From Candidatus Micrarchaeota archaeon (lineage in GTDB: Archaea; Micrarchaeota; Micrarchaeia; Norongarragalinales; SBBD01), in assembly GCA_038046605.1 (NCBI GenBank), contig JBBSVW010000067.1, positions 1 to 46,015 on the forward strand: DNA of 46,015 nucleotides, given 5' to 3'. The position numbers and the translations under genes are program-made. The notes below the pieces were generated by a model. It was not told the origin of the DNA, searched no databases, and was given only the letters and a program-made list of their open reading frames with translations. The first letter of the stretch is position 1; each line of letters starts with the position of its first letter. This document shows positions 9,324-19,169 of this stretch, one piece after another.

Positions 9324-10511
9324 TTAGATTTTCGCAAGCGCCTGGTCAAGGTCAGCGATAATGTCCTCTGGCGCTTCTAACCCAACTGAAAGCCGGATGA
9401 AGCTTTCGCTGATTCCAGCGCTCTTCAATGCCGCCTCATCCAGCTCCGAGTGCGTTGTTGAAGCGTTATGCACAATTGTTGTGATGTTCTGCCCCAAATT
9501 GATCAGCCTCTCGCAAACATGCGTGCTATCCACAACCTTTTGCGCCGCCAGCTTATCCCCCTTCACTTCAAATGCCAAAATCCCGCCAAATCCCCTCATC
9601 TGCTTTTTGGCAATTTCGTGCTGCGGATGGCTCGTTAAGCCCGGATAGTGCACCCTTGCAACCTTTGGGTGGGATTCCAAATGCTTTGCCACAATCATTG
9701 CGCTTTCACAGTGCCTATTCATGCGAACGGCAAGGCTTTGCAGGCTCATAAGCAGCATTCCCGCATCAAATGCGCCAAGTGTTGCGCCAAATGTCCAAAA
9801 TGTCCTATCGTAAATTTTTCTCATCAGCCCCTTATTTCCAACCGCAATCCCGGCAACCAAACTGGCATTCCCATTCATATATTTTGTTGCGCTATGGATC
9901 ACAATATCCGCCCCAAGGGCAATTGGGTTTTGCAAAATCGGTGTGCAAAAAGTGTTATCCACAACCATGGGAATATTATGCTTTTTTGCAATTTTGGCAA
10001 CCACTGCAATATCCACTATCCCAAGCGTTGGATTGGATGGCGTTTCCACGAAAATTACCGCTGTTTTCGGATCGATTAATTTTTCAACCTGCTCCGGATG
10101 CGCATTCTCAAACCTCCTTGCCGTAATGCCAAACCGTGGCATCTCGTCATTGATCAGCTTGTGCGTCCCCCCATAAACCGTCTGGTTCACAATCACATTA
10201 TTCCCTGAATTGCAAAGCGAAAGGAAAACATTTGTGATTGCGGACATCCCGGTTGAAAAGCAAAGGCCCGATTCCGCCCCCTCAAGCGCTGCAACCTTCA
10301 TCCCAAGCGCCCTTGTTGTGGGGTTGTTAAGCCGGCTGTAAATCATCCCATCATCCTCGCCTCTGAACCTTTTTGCGATGATTTCCGCGTTGGGGTAGTG
10401 ATAGGTCGTTGTGAGGCAAATTGGGAAGTTGTCGCTTTCCAAAAGATCCTGCGTGAGCTCATGCGCCTTGATGTTTTTCACTACCCTAGTCTCTAACTTG
10501 TGATTTGCCAT
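9324..10511 (-). CDS. PLP-dependent trans-sulfuration enzyme (cystathionine gamma-synthase / methionine gamma-lyase / sulfhydrylase family)
   Basis: YSRLNNPT, FSTGMSAI, YGGT, ETPSNPT, VVDNTF, HSATKY, RLSVGLE. ATG 10511 follows an AGGTG SD. Abuts thrBC. Confidence 0.85.
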   Translation of the reverse strand: MANHKLETRVVKNIKAHELTQDLLESDNFPICLTTTYHYPNAEIIAKRFRGEDDGMIYSRLNNPTTRALGMKVAALEGAESGLCFSTGMSAITNVFLSLCNSGNNVIVNQTVYGGTHKLINDEMPRFGITARRFENAHPEQVEKLIDPKTAVIFVETPSNPTLGIVDIAVVAKIAKKHNIPMVVDNTFCTPILQNPIALGADIVIHSATKYMNGNASLVAGIAVGNKGLMRKIYDRTFWTFGATLGAFDAGMLLMSLQSLAVRMNRHCESAMIVAKHLESHPKVARVHYPGLTSHPQHEIAKKQMRGFGGILAFEVKGDKLAAQKVVDSTHVCERLINLGQNITTIVHNASTTHSELDEAALKSAGISESFIRLSVGLEAPEDIIADLDQALAKI

Positions 10512-10735
10512 TTTTCCCACCTAGTTCGTTTGCTTAATTGTTAACCATATGGACTTGAATTAGGCTTAAAAACCATGGGATATCTTTTTCATACCGGTGC
10601 TTATTCGACATATGTCGGAGATTGATTTTTTCCCCCTTTTCCCTCGTAAAACAGCCGGTATATTTTCCATACTTGTGGAGTTTTATATTTGAATAACAAT
10701 TTTTTAAGTGCAAAAGCTGATGTTGGGGTGGGTTC

Positions 10736-12781
10736 ATGGCATACGGAGGAAAGCTGTTTTGGCTAATGGTAACCTCGCTTGTACTTATAGGCTATTTCCT
10801 TAGGGGAGATCTTGAATTAGCAAGGGTGCCTGCATCCCGAGCTGTTGTCCTCTCAGAGCAGTATGGGCTCGCAGGCTATTGGATGATGGACGAAGGAACC
10901 GGAATTGCCGCCTTTGATTCTTCTGGAAATGGCAACACCGGCCAGCTTCGAAATACGCCTCTTTGGGTTGGGGGAAAATTTGGCAGTTCGCTCCAGTTCG
11001 ATGGAAATGGCATCAATTATAAGAATGTGTACATACCCCATTCGACATCCCTCGCAACCCCAAATGCGGTAACCGTCTCCGCCTGGGTCTATCCCCTCGG
11101 GATTTCCGGAGATCACCAAGTTGTCCTCGCGAAATGGTATGATGAAAACAGCAATTTCATTGGTTCCTTTGTGCTGGAATTGCAGCCAAATGGGGTTACC
11201 CCGCAATTCGTTGTGAGAAGGGCCGGGGATCTATTGGTCCAAACAGCAGTTTCCAATGTAAATATCCCAGTTGGCCAATGGTATTATGTAACCGGGACTT
11301 ACGATGGCACAACCATCAAAATTTATGTTAATGGCGCCCTTACCGGAACTGTATCCATGTCGGGAACCATAAATCAGGGAAACCAACCGGTAATTATTGG
11401 CGCGCATTCATACAGCTCAATTGAGGATGTGAACATTTTCAACGGAATAATCGACGATGTAAAGCTCTTCAACCGTGCGCTGTCATTCGAGGAGGTTAAT
11501 GCCGAATTCATAAAGGGCGCAATTAGCTGCACCGTCCCAACCGCCGGTTTGGTGGTTTCAACCGACACCGTTCTTTGCCCCGGCACCTTCATCCTTCCTT
11601 TTGGAATCAATATCACCGCCTCCAACATCAAAGTCATATGCCACAATACCGTTTTGCAAAGGCAAGAACTTTCCGATCCAAGCTCGGCCATTTACATCCA
11701 CCCGGGCCTTTCCAACATTCTAGTTTATGGCTGTGAATTTAAGGATTTCAGCTCTGGAATCTATGCAAGCGGGGCAGGCAGCGGGCAAAACAACATTCGC
11801 ATACTTGACAATAAAATGAGCAATGTTGCCCAGGGTGTATATTTCAGGAATGCGGATAACATTGAGGTTGGATATAATATTGTCGGAGCATTTGCGGTAG
11901 GCTTTGGCTTTTACAATACCCGGGATTCCACTTGGAGCTCCGCCCTAAACATCCACGATAATTCCATTGCCGTATCTGGTTCGGGAGCGGGGATAAATGT
12001 CGAATTCACTGGAAGCAGTTACATTGAGCGCAACACAATAGCCGGGGGCGATTATGGCATCAACCTCTACATGAGCTCGGAAAATTTTGTGAGAAGGAAT
12101 TCAGTGGATTACACTCGCAGTGGCGGTAGTGGTCTTAGCCTTATAGGTGCATCCTCATACAACATCATCGAGGCGAATAATTTCAGGCACAACAACTACG
12201 GAATTTATGCGGTGAACATCCAGTTTCCCCCAAGTCCGGTCTTTTACATCTCCGATTACAACAATTTTTCCGAAAATAACATCACTGACAACTGGTTTGG
12301 GGCGGAAATTGCCAGGAGCTCCTTGCCCGGTACAATAAACAACAAGGCGTGGTACAACAATTTCGAGCGCAACACCAACTGGCAAGCTTCAAGCCTAGGG
12401 CCCTTCAATACCACAATAGCAGGTAAAGGCAGGGGGAATTATTATGATGACATTGGCGGCCTTTGCATCTTTGATGGCAATGGGGATGGATATGGTGACT
12501 ACGGCCCCCAATATCCATATAGGCAGTCAAACGGCGCCCGTGCTGATGTAGTGGACTACGCGCCCAAAACCAGCAAAACGCCAATCTGCGGCGACAACTG
12601 CTGCTATGGGGGCGAAACATGCACCTCCTGCCCGGGTGATTGCGGATCATGCGGGCCAGTTTGCGGGGATGGCCTTTGCAACAACGGGGAGTCCTGTAGC
12701 AGCTGCTCATCCGATTGCGGAAGCTGCGGCCCTCCTTCTTGCCGCTATTACAAGAAAATAAGGGGCTACATTTGCTCATAG
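10736..12781 (+). CDS. Secreted protein: LamG-like domain + right-handed beta-helix (NosD-like) + Cys-rich repeats
   Basis: Hydrophobic N-terminus; GYWMMDEGTG...DSSGNGNTG, WYYVTGTYDG and FNGIIDDVKLFNRALS (LamG-like); repeated NxIxxN/GIY beta-helix motifs; CGDxxC..GETCxSCPxDCG twice. Confidence 0.8.
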   Translation: MAYGGKLFWLMVTSLVLIGYFLRGDLELARVPASRAVVLSEQYGLAGYWMMDEGTGIAAFDSSGNGNTGQLRNTPLWVGGKFGSSLQFDGNGINYKNVYIPHSTSLATPNAVTVSAWVYPLGISGDHQVVLAKWYDENSNFIGSFVLELQPNGVTPQFVVRRAGDLLVQTAVSNVNIPVGQWYYVTGTYDGTTIKIYVNGALTGTVSMSGTINQGNQPVIIGAHSYSSIEDVNIFNGIIDDVKLFNRALSFEEVNAEFIKGAISCTVPTAGLVVSTDTVLCPGTFILPFGINITASNIKVICHNTVLQRQELSDPSSAIYIHPGLSNILVYGCEFKDFSSGIYASGAGSGQNNIRILDNKMSNVAQGVYFRNADNIEVGYNIVGAFAVGFGFYNTRDSTWSSALNIHDNSIAVSGSGAGINVEFTGSSYIERNTIAGGDYGINLYMSSENFVRRNSVDYTRSGGSGLSLIGASSYNIIEANNFRHNNYGIYAVNIQFPPSPVFYISDYNNFSENNITDNWFGAEIARSSLPGTINNKAWYNNFERNTNWQASSLGPFNTTIAGKGRGNYYDDIGGLCIFDGNGDGYGDYGPQYPYRQSNGARADVVDYAPKTSKTPICGDNCCYGGETCTSCPGDCGSCGPVCGDGLCNNGESCSSCSSDCGSCGPPSCRYYKKIRGYICS

Positions 12782-12819
12782 CGCAAGCAAATTAAAGGGA
12801 AAGGCAGGATATTTACTTC

Positions 12820-13635
12820 ATGCCCAAAATCCTTTCGGTTAAATTGAATTCTGGCTTTAGTTTGCCTACTCTTGGCCTTGGCACCTACAAATCTGCGCCC
12901 GGAAGCGAAACGGAAAATGCAGTTAAATGGGCGCTTGTTGCAGGTTACCGGCTAATTGATACGGCAGCATATTATGGTAATGAGGGCAGTGTAGGTAAAG
13001 CAGTCCGCGAATCCTCAATTCCACGCCATGAAATTTTTATCACCACCAAATTATGGAATTCCGACCATGCAATTGTGGAAAAAGCATTTGAGGGGAGCCT
13101 TTCGCTTCTGAACTCCGGCTACATTGACCTCTACCTTATCCACTGGCCAATTGTTCGCGTTCGCGTGCAGACCTGGAAAAGGATGGAAAAGCTTATTGCA
13201 GGTGGAAAAATAAAATCAATTGGGGTTGCGAATTTCATGATTCGACATTTGGAGGATCTCCTTGCTAACACGGAAATAATTCCCGCCGTAAACCAGGTCG
13301 AATTCTCGCCATACGTTTACAACAAGGAATTATTGGATTATTGCAAAAAGAAGGGGATTCAATTGCAAGCCTACTCCCCCCTAACTCGCGGAAATAAGCT
13401 AAGTGATGAAAAACTCCTTGCGCTTTCAAAAAAATACTCCAAATCGCCAGCCCAAATCCTCCTAAGGTGGTGCATCCAACACGATGTTGCCGTGATCCCC
13501 AAATCGGTGCACGAGGGCAGGATAATTGAGAATTCACAAATATTTGATTTTGAGCTCTCCAAACAAGATATGGATCTCATGGATTCCTGGAACGAGGGCT
13601 TTAGGGTTGCGCCGGATCCGAATCAGTACCGGTAA
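12820..13635 (+). CDS. Aldo/keto reductase
   Basis: LGLGTY, GYRLIDTAAYYGNE, DLYLIHWP, NQVEFSP, VIPKS. Confidence 0.92.
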   Translation: MPKILSVKLNSGFSLPTLGLGTYKSAPGSETENAVKWALVAGYRLIDTAAYYGNEGSVGKAVRESSIPRHEIFITTKLWNSDHAIVEKAFEGSLSLLNSGYIDLYLIHWPIVRVRVQTWKRMEKLIAGGKIKSIGVANFMIRHLEDLLANTEIIPAVNQVEFSPYVYNKELLDYCKKKGIQLQAYSPLTRGNKLSDEKLLALSKKYSKSPAQILLRWCIQHDVAVIPKSVHEGRIIENSQIFDFELSKQDMDLMDSWNEGFRVAPDPNQYR

Positions 13636-13694
13636 ATAAAGGCGTGCAAAACTTAGCAATAAACTAGTAATTTTCAGGCGGTTGCAAAACTAAG

Positions 13695-13720
13695 CAAAAA
13701 AAAGAAAAAAAGAGGGGAAA
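13695..13720 (-). terminator. Oligo-T terminator after the small ORF
   Basis: Long T-rich tract on the minus strand immediately after the stop at 13721. Confidence 0.45.
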
Positions 13721-13867
13721 TCAATTTGCCTTCTTTAGCTCCTTTATCCTCTCCTCCACTCCCTTTGATTCCAGCTGCAGGCTTTTGTGGTACTCCTCCA
13801 GCATCTCCAGTTTCTCCTCCTTTGTAAGGAAGCTGCGTCCTTCCGGGCCGCAATTCATTCCGCACAT
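13721..13867 (-). CDS. Small coiled-coil protein, DUF5320-like (48 aa; absent from the ORF track)
   Basis: MCGMNCGPEGRSFLTKEEKLEMLEEYHKSLQLESKGVEERIKELKKAN*, with a GAGGTG SD upstream and a T-tract downstream. Confidence 0.75.
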   Translation of the reverse strand: MCGMNCGPEGRSFLTKEEKLEMLEEYHKSLQLESKGVEERIKELKKAN

Positions 13868-13897
13868 AACATGCACCTCTTCCGGTTAAATCCGGAT

Positions 13898-13955
13898 TAT
13901 CGGATATACGATATATGAACCAACTTAAGTATATAAACATATCGTACAACCGATA
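13898..13955. promoter_or_regulatory. Two TATCG-N6-CGATA palindromes flanking a central TATA element (putative PadR operators)
   Basis: TATCGgatataCGATA at 13898-13913 and TATCGtacaacCGATA at 13940-13955, with TTAAGTATATAAA between them, located between divergent genes. Confidence 0.65.
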
Positions 13956-14011
13956 CGTATTTATGGGCGCATGGGCAAGTTTAATATGTTCCGGAATGCC
14001 AAGCTTAGTGC

Positions 14012-14326
14012 GTGATCAAATTGGGAAAAAAGGAAGATTGTGAAAGCTACTGCGACATGAGGGGGATGCTCTCATTCCTGGTGCTTTTTTTGCTCTCGAA
14101 AAAAAAGATGCATGGCCAGGAGCTTGCTAAGGAGATTGGCAAACGAAAGGGAAGCAGGCCGTCTCCGGGCACAATTTATCCTGCATTGAAGGCAATGAAC
14201 GAAGCGGGGCTCATCAAGGAAAAGAAGGAGGGCAAAAATATATATTATTCCCTGACCGATGATGGCAAGCGCGCCCTAAAGTACGCAAAGGTGCAGTTCT
14301 GCCGCACGTTCATGGGAATATATTGA
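14012..14326 (+). CDS. PadR-family transcriptional regulator
   Basis: MHGQELAKEI...PSPGTIYPALKAM...YYSLTDDG. Confidence 0.9.
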   Translation: MIKLGKKEDCESYCDMRGMLSFLVLFLLSKKKMHGQELAKEIGKRKGSRPSPGTIYPALKAMNEAGLIKEKKEGKNIYYSLTDDGKRALKYAKVQFCRTFMGIY

Positions 14327-14355
14327 TTTTTTTTAAAAATGGGGGTGGAAATAAT

Positions 14356-14964
14356 ATGGCTAATTGGGATAAACTCGCGGAAAAAGGAATCGTGGAAAAA
14401 ACAATGGAGGCACTGAAGGCAAATGGAATCAGTGCGGAATATGTGGAAACCGGATCCGATGCAAAAAAGCGCGTTCTGGACCTAATTCCCGAAGGCGCCG
14501 AAGTGATGACCATGACCTCAACGACTGATGATGCAATAGGCGCCGCGAGGGAAATCAACGAATCCGGAAAATACGATGATGTGCGAAAAGTGCTCTGGGA
14601 CAAGGACGCTGATCCTAAGCTCAAAAGGAGATTGGGTGCAGCTGCGGATTACGCCACGGGCTCCGTGCATGCGGCCACCCAAGACGGCCATTTGGTAATT
14701 GCGTCCGCAAGCGGCTCCCAGCTTCCCGCATGCGCTTATTCCGGAGGAAAGGTAATCTGGGTCGTGGGCACGCAGAAAATCGTGAAAAATCTGGATGATG
14801 CGATGAAACGGATTTATGAGTATGTGCTCCCGCTGGAATCCGAGAGGGCGAGGAAGGCGTACGGCGTTCCCGGCAGTGCGGTCAACAAACTCCTCATCAT
14901 AAATAAGGAAATCAACCCGGAAAGGCTGCACCTGATTTTCGTGAATGAGAAGCTGGGTTTCTAG
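14356..14964 (+). CDS. LUD-domain (LutC/YkgG-like) protein
   Basis: SVHAATQDGHLVIASASGSQ and VVGTQKIVKNLDDAMKRI motifs. ATG 14356 follows a GGGGGTG SD. Confidence 0.75.
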   Translation: MANWDKLAEKGIVEKTMEALKANGISAEYVETGSDAKKRVLDLIPEGAEVMTMTSTTDDAIGAAREINESGKYDDVRKVLWDKDADPKLKRRLGAAADYATGSVHAATQDGHLVIASASGSQLPACAYSGGKVIWVVGTQKIVKNLDDAMKRIYEYVLPLESERARKAYGVPGSAVNKLLIINKEINPERLHLIFVNEKLGF

Positions 14965-15053
14965 AATCGGCTCGCCTCTCAGAATCAAAGCTCGTTTTGA
15001 AAACATTAATATACCGCCCAAATGTTAACATATGGATATTGGGCGATATCTTT

Positions 15054-18000
15054 ATGCGGATAGGTGCAGGAGCAATTGCTTTCTTGTTTGCCCTTAGTAT
15101 TTCAGTTCTAATCAGCTCCCCCGAAGTCAGCGCCCTCACGTTGCTATCCAATTGCACAACCTTGAACAATGCGAGCGAGGCCTACCAACTAACGCAGAAC
15201 GTCTCCTCAACGGGCACGTGCTTTACTATTTCCGCAAACGGAATCATATTGGATTTGAAAGGCTTCGCAATAAAATTCGGGAACACTTCCGACAGCTCGA
15301 GCGGCGTGTACATTTTCCAGTATAACAATACCGTCATCAGGAACGGAGCGATAACCCATGCGGGTTACAACACAAATCCAAGGGGAATCTACATCGCGGG
15401 CGTAGCCATCAATAACACCGCGGACAATCTGACGATAGTAGTCAATTCCTCGAACTCCGGCGGCTACGGCATCAAACTTGAGGATTTCCTCTCTAACGCA
15501 CCCAGCAATAACACCATCAAGAATACCAACATCACCGCTTTATCGATAAACAGCTCCTCTTACGGCAACGCGATCTACCTGCGGCCCAACGCCAGCTACA
15601 ACCAGATAATCAATGTGACGGGTATTTCCTATGTTGTGCAAGCCTTGGTTATTCAGAGCGGCGTTGGAAATATCGTTCAGAACTCCAATTTCTCCTCAGC
15701 CGCTCATTTTGGAATTGAGTTATCGAGTGCAATTGACACACAAGTGCTCAACTCAATCATTTCAACTGGCGAAACCTATTATACCACGGCGGGGCTTTCA
15801 TTGCACGGAGCTCAAGGTAGCATCATACGCAATAATAACATAACTGGCGTGTATGGCCTCACCATGAGGGAATCGTCATCGAGTTCATTTGAAAATAATA
15901 CATTCAATACCAATCAAAGCTATTCCAATGCTGCAGGGATAAGGCTCCAATTCAACAATTTTGACAATAACTTCTCCAATAATATTATTTATGGTGCCTA
16001 TACGGCTATAAGAATCGGGGAAAGCGGTTCCCTTGGCGGCAACAACACTAATACCCGCTTTACCAATGATATTCTTATTCCTTGCAACTTGCAATGCCCC
16101 AGTCCGGATTATGATGTATATACTCAAGGCGGAAACGAGGGCCCCCATCTTAACACCGTATTGTTGAATGTTTCATTCAGGAACAAGAGCATGATAGGCT
16201 GGGGCAGCACTAATAGCAACATTACAATTCAATGGTACGTGCGGGTCAACGTTACCAATCGCACCGATTCATCCGCAATATCGGGGGCTAATGTCAATAT
16301 TACGAATTCATCTGCGGCAATAGCTGAAGCAAACCTCACTTCCGCTTCCTCAGGCTTAACGCCTTACGCGATCGTAACCGAATTCATCGGCAACAATACG
16401 GCGAACCTTAGCTTTACGCCGCACATTTTCACCGCGAACAAAGCGGGTTTTGTCACAAGGCAAATCAATTCAAGCATCACTTCGACAACTACTTTGGCCA
16501 TCTCATTGAGCGATAATTATGATTATAATTTGCATAATGTCACGGTTATTGTTACTGGCGTATCGGGCAAGCCATCCTCCGCGGTAAATATATCCGCCTA
16601 TAATAATAGCGCGGGTTCCTGGAATTTCGTGGCATCCCAGCTTACCAATTCAACAGGCGGAACCGTTTTCGTGAATCTGCCAAGCGAGAATTACTTTTTC
16701 AACGCCTCAAGGGGCGGGGGCGTGCTGGCTTCAAACAATACGGCAATCAATGGCACTCAACCTGTATTGCTAATGCAATTTGCCGGTTTTGTTTCGGGTG
16801 CAATCAGGGGAATAAACATGACTCCCCTCGCTCCCTCCAACACTTCCGGAGGAACTTTCACATTCACGGTTGCAGGCGTTGATTCCGACGGAAATTTGAA
16901 TGATACCGGCGGATTCAATTGGACTTCAAGCAGCGCTTTTGTCTCCGCTTACCAGTCCGGAAACGGTTCCACAACCGGCGTTTTCAATGCCACATTAACT
17001 GGCACCGCAACGATCGCCGTCATTAGCAATGCCAATACCAGCGTGACCAACACCACTACTGTTACAGTCACCCCCTCCACAGTCGCTTCCGTGCAAGCGC
17101 ACTTCTATTCAGTTTCAGCTGCTGCGGGTGCAAACATCGTCGGAAACTTCACCGCGAAAGACAGGTTCGGCAACCTGGTGCCCGAAACATTCAACTACTC
17201 CTCCTCTGATTCCTCCGGCACCATGCCAGCAAACGGAACTGCCAACAACACTAACGCTACCTTCGTGTTAAGGGCCTCGGGCAGCAAGACGATCACCGTA
17301 AGCGCCCTCACCAACGGCTCCGCCTCCAACACAACGACTTTTACGATCATTCCCGGCACTCCAGCATACATCACTTTCTTCCAAGTCCCCCCCTCCGCAA
17401 TTGCTGGCACCAACTTCACCGTTAACCTGACCGTCACCGACGCGTTTGGCAACCTCGCCAATTCGCTTTTCAGCTTCGGTTCATCCGATTTGCAATCTGC
17501 GCTTCCAACCAACGGTTCAGTTCCGAACGGCACTGGAGTGGGAAGCTTCCAGCTCAGGACTGCCGGCACGAAAACAATTACCGCATTCTCCGCCTCCAAC
17601 GCTTCCGCTGTGAACGTCTCGGCATCGATCACTATCTCCCCCGCAGGGGTTGCGACCGTACAAAACTTCTTCAGCTCCACTTCAGCCACAGCCGGAACGC
17701 AATTCACCGGCAACTTCACCAGCAAGGACGCATTCGGAAATCCCGTCCCGGACACATACAATTATTCTTCCTCAGATTCCAGCGCGACGCTTCCCACGAA
17801 CGGCACTGCAAACAACACGAACGCAAACTTCACCCTGGCGGCTGCGGGCAGCAAGACTATTGCGGTCACGAGCGGTTCCAACGCTTCCTCAACGAATGCT
17901 ACCACATTCACTGTCAGTTCCGGGAACGTGGCATCCGTCCAATATTATTTATCGGCAACATCCGCAGTCGCTGGAATTAATATTACGGTCAATTTCACCA

Positions 18001-19103
18001 GCAAGGACAAGTTCGGAAATCTGGCGGGCGATACTTACAATTTATCGAGCGACGATGCCCAGGCGGTAATGCCAAGCAACGGCTCTGCCAACAACACGAA
18101 TCTAGGCATCCAGCTTAGGACTGCAGGAACCGCGACACTGAATTTCCTAAGCGCCAGCAATTCATCAGCAACGAACAGCACCACGATTTTGGTCAATGCT
18201 TCGACCGTATCGCAAGTGCGCTTGACTCCACAAGCACCAACGGTCACCCTCGGAGGTACGCAGCAGTTTGCGGTAACCATCAAGGATGCGTTCGGTAACA
18301 CCAATTATACTGTGAACGCGACGTACAATGTGACGGCGCTTACTGGGAACGGCACCATAAATGCAACGACCGGCCTGTTCACTTCTACAGCAACTGGCAT
18401 TATCACCGCCTCCGCCAATTATTCGACCGTTTGGAATTCAACCAATATTACCATCAGTGCAGCTCCCACCCCAACGCCGACACCGGCCCCCTCGAGTTCG
18501 ATTACAGGCGGAAATGTGGGCCCTTCTGGAGCGTCCTCTCCAACCCCGACCTCTGCTGCCCCACCTTCCCCCACTCCAGTTATTCCTGATGTTCCGAAGA
18601 CGATAATAACTGACGAGCATTCCTCCGTAACCGGAACATTTTCCTCCGATTCATCCTCGTTCACTCTTTCATACTCCGCAGGCGCTTCGGGCTTCGCTGG
18701 CATGCTTGCTTACACGCTTCCCCTGAGCTACAAGGATTATTTAGGCGGGTTGATTGAGATCCTGCCCAAACCCTCGAGGGTGAAGGAAGGCAGCCTTGTT
18801 GCCGAATGGGAGGTTGATTTGAAACCGAATGAGCTATTCAAAGCCAAGGTGGAGGTAAAGAAATTCGTCGACCCCGGCGTGCTTTCCAATTTCAAGGCGC
18901 CTGCCGCGAAGCCGAGAACCACCTCGACGCCCCCTGCGTTCCCATCCGTCACGGCATCCGCCATTCCCTCCTTGCCTGTGTCCACGCCACAAACTGCTGG
19001 GAGGGACAACGCCTTCATTTTCATCGCAATTGGAGTGCTCGTGCTTGTAGGCTTGTACTTTGCGCTCGTCCAGAAACACGCAGGCAGGCGTAAGGGCCTC
19101 TGA
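15054..19103 (+). CDS. Large membrane-anchored surface glycoprotein (beta-helix + Ig-like repeats + Pro/Thr linker + C-terminal TM)
   Basis: Signal peptide, many N-x-S/T sequons, repeated DxFGN Ig-like units, PTPTPTP linker, hydrophobic anchor with basic tail (GRRKGL). Confidence 0.8.
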   Translation: MRIGAGAIAFLFALSISVLISSPEVSALTLLSNCTTLNNASEAYQLTQNVSSTGTCFTISANGIILDLKGFAIKFGNTSDSSSGVYIFQYNNTVIRNGAITHAGYNTNPRGIYIAGVAINNTADNLTIVVNSSNSGGYGIKLEDFLSNAPSNNTIKNTNITALSINSSSYGNAIYLRPNASYNQIINVTGISYVVQALVIQSGVGNIVQNSNFSSAAHFGIELSSAIDTQVLNSIISTGETYYTTAGLSLHGAQGSIIRNNNITGVYGLTMRESSSSSFENNTFNTNQSYSNAAGIRLQFNNFDNNFSNNIIYGAYTAIRIGESGSLGGNNTNTRFTNDILIPCNLQCPSPDYDVYTQGGNEGPHLNTVLLNVSFRNKSMIGWGSTNSNITIQWYVRVNVTNRTDSSAISGANVNITNSSAAIAEANLTSASSGLTPYAIVTEFIGNNTANLSFTPHIFTANKAGFVTRQINSSITSTTTLAISLSDNYDYNLHNVTVIVTGVSGKPSSAVNISAYNNSAGSWNFVASQLTNSTGGTVFVNLPSENYFFNASRGGGVLASNNTAINGTQPVLLMQFAGFVSGAIRGINMTPLAPSNTSGGTFTFTVAGVDSDGNLNDTGGFNWTSSSAFVSAYQSGNGSTTGVFNATLTGTATIAVISNANTSVTNTTTVTVTPSTVASVQAHFYSVSAAAGANIVGNFTAKDRFGNLVPETFNYSSSDSSGTMPANGTANNTNATFVLRASGSKTITVSALTNGSASNTTTFTIIPGTPAYITFFQVPPSAIAGTNFTVNLTVTDAFGNLANSLFSFGSSDLQSALPTNGSVPNGTGVGSFQLRTAGTKTITAFSASNASAVNVSASITISPAGVATVQNFFSSTSATAGTQFTGNFTSKDAFGNPVPDTYNYSSSDSSATLPTNGTANNTNANFTLAAAGSKTIAVTSGSNASSTNATTFTVSSGNVASVQYYLSATSAVAGINITVNFTSKDKFGNLAGDTYNLSSDDAQAVMPSNGSANNTNLGIQLRTAGTATLNFLSASNSSATNSTTILVNASTVSQVRLTPQAPTVTLGGTQQFAVTIKDAFGNTNYTVNATYNVTALTGNGTINATTGLFTSTATGIITASANYSTVWNSTNITISAAPTPTPTPAPSSSITGGNVGPSGASSPTPTSAAPPSPTPVIPDVPKTIITDEHSSVTGTFSSDSSSFTLSYSAGASGFAGMLAYTLPLSYKDYLGGLIEILPKPSRVKEGSLVAEWEVDLKPNELFKAKVEVKKFVDPGVLSNFKAPAAKPRTTSTPPAFPSVTASAIPSLPVSTPQTAGRDNAFIFIAIGVLVLVGLYFALVQKHAGRRKGL

Positions 19104-19169
19104 TCTTCCGTTGTATTCGCGACAATTCTAGTCCCCATCATTGCATCCTGTCCGATTTCCGTAATTTTC

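Noticed and set aside
10534-10737. 67-aa ORF / possible leader peptide upstream of the Met/Thr operon
   Set aside because: Spans a divergent promoter region, has no Thr/Met codon run and no recognisable features.
13674-13949. 91-aa minus-strand ORF in the track
   Set aside because: Wrong frame. The SD-led 48-aa ORF at 13867-13721 is the credible gene.
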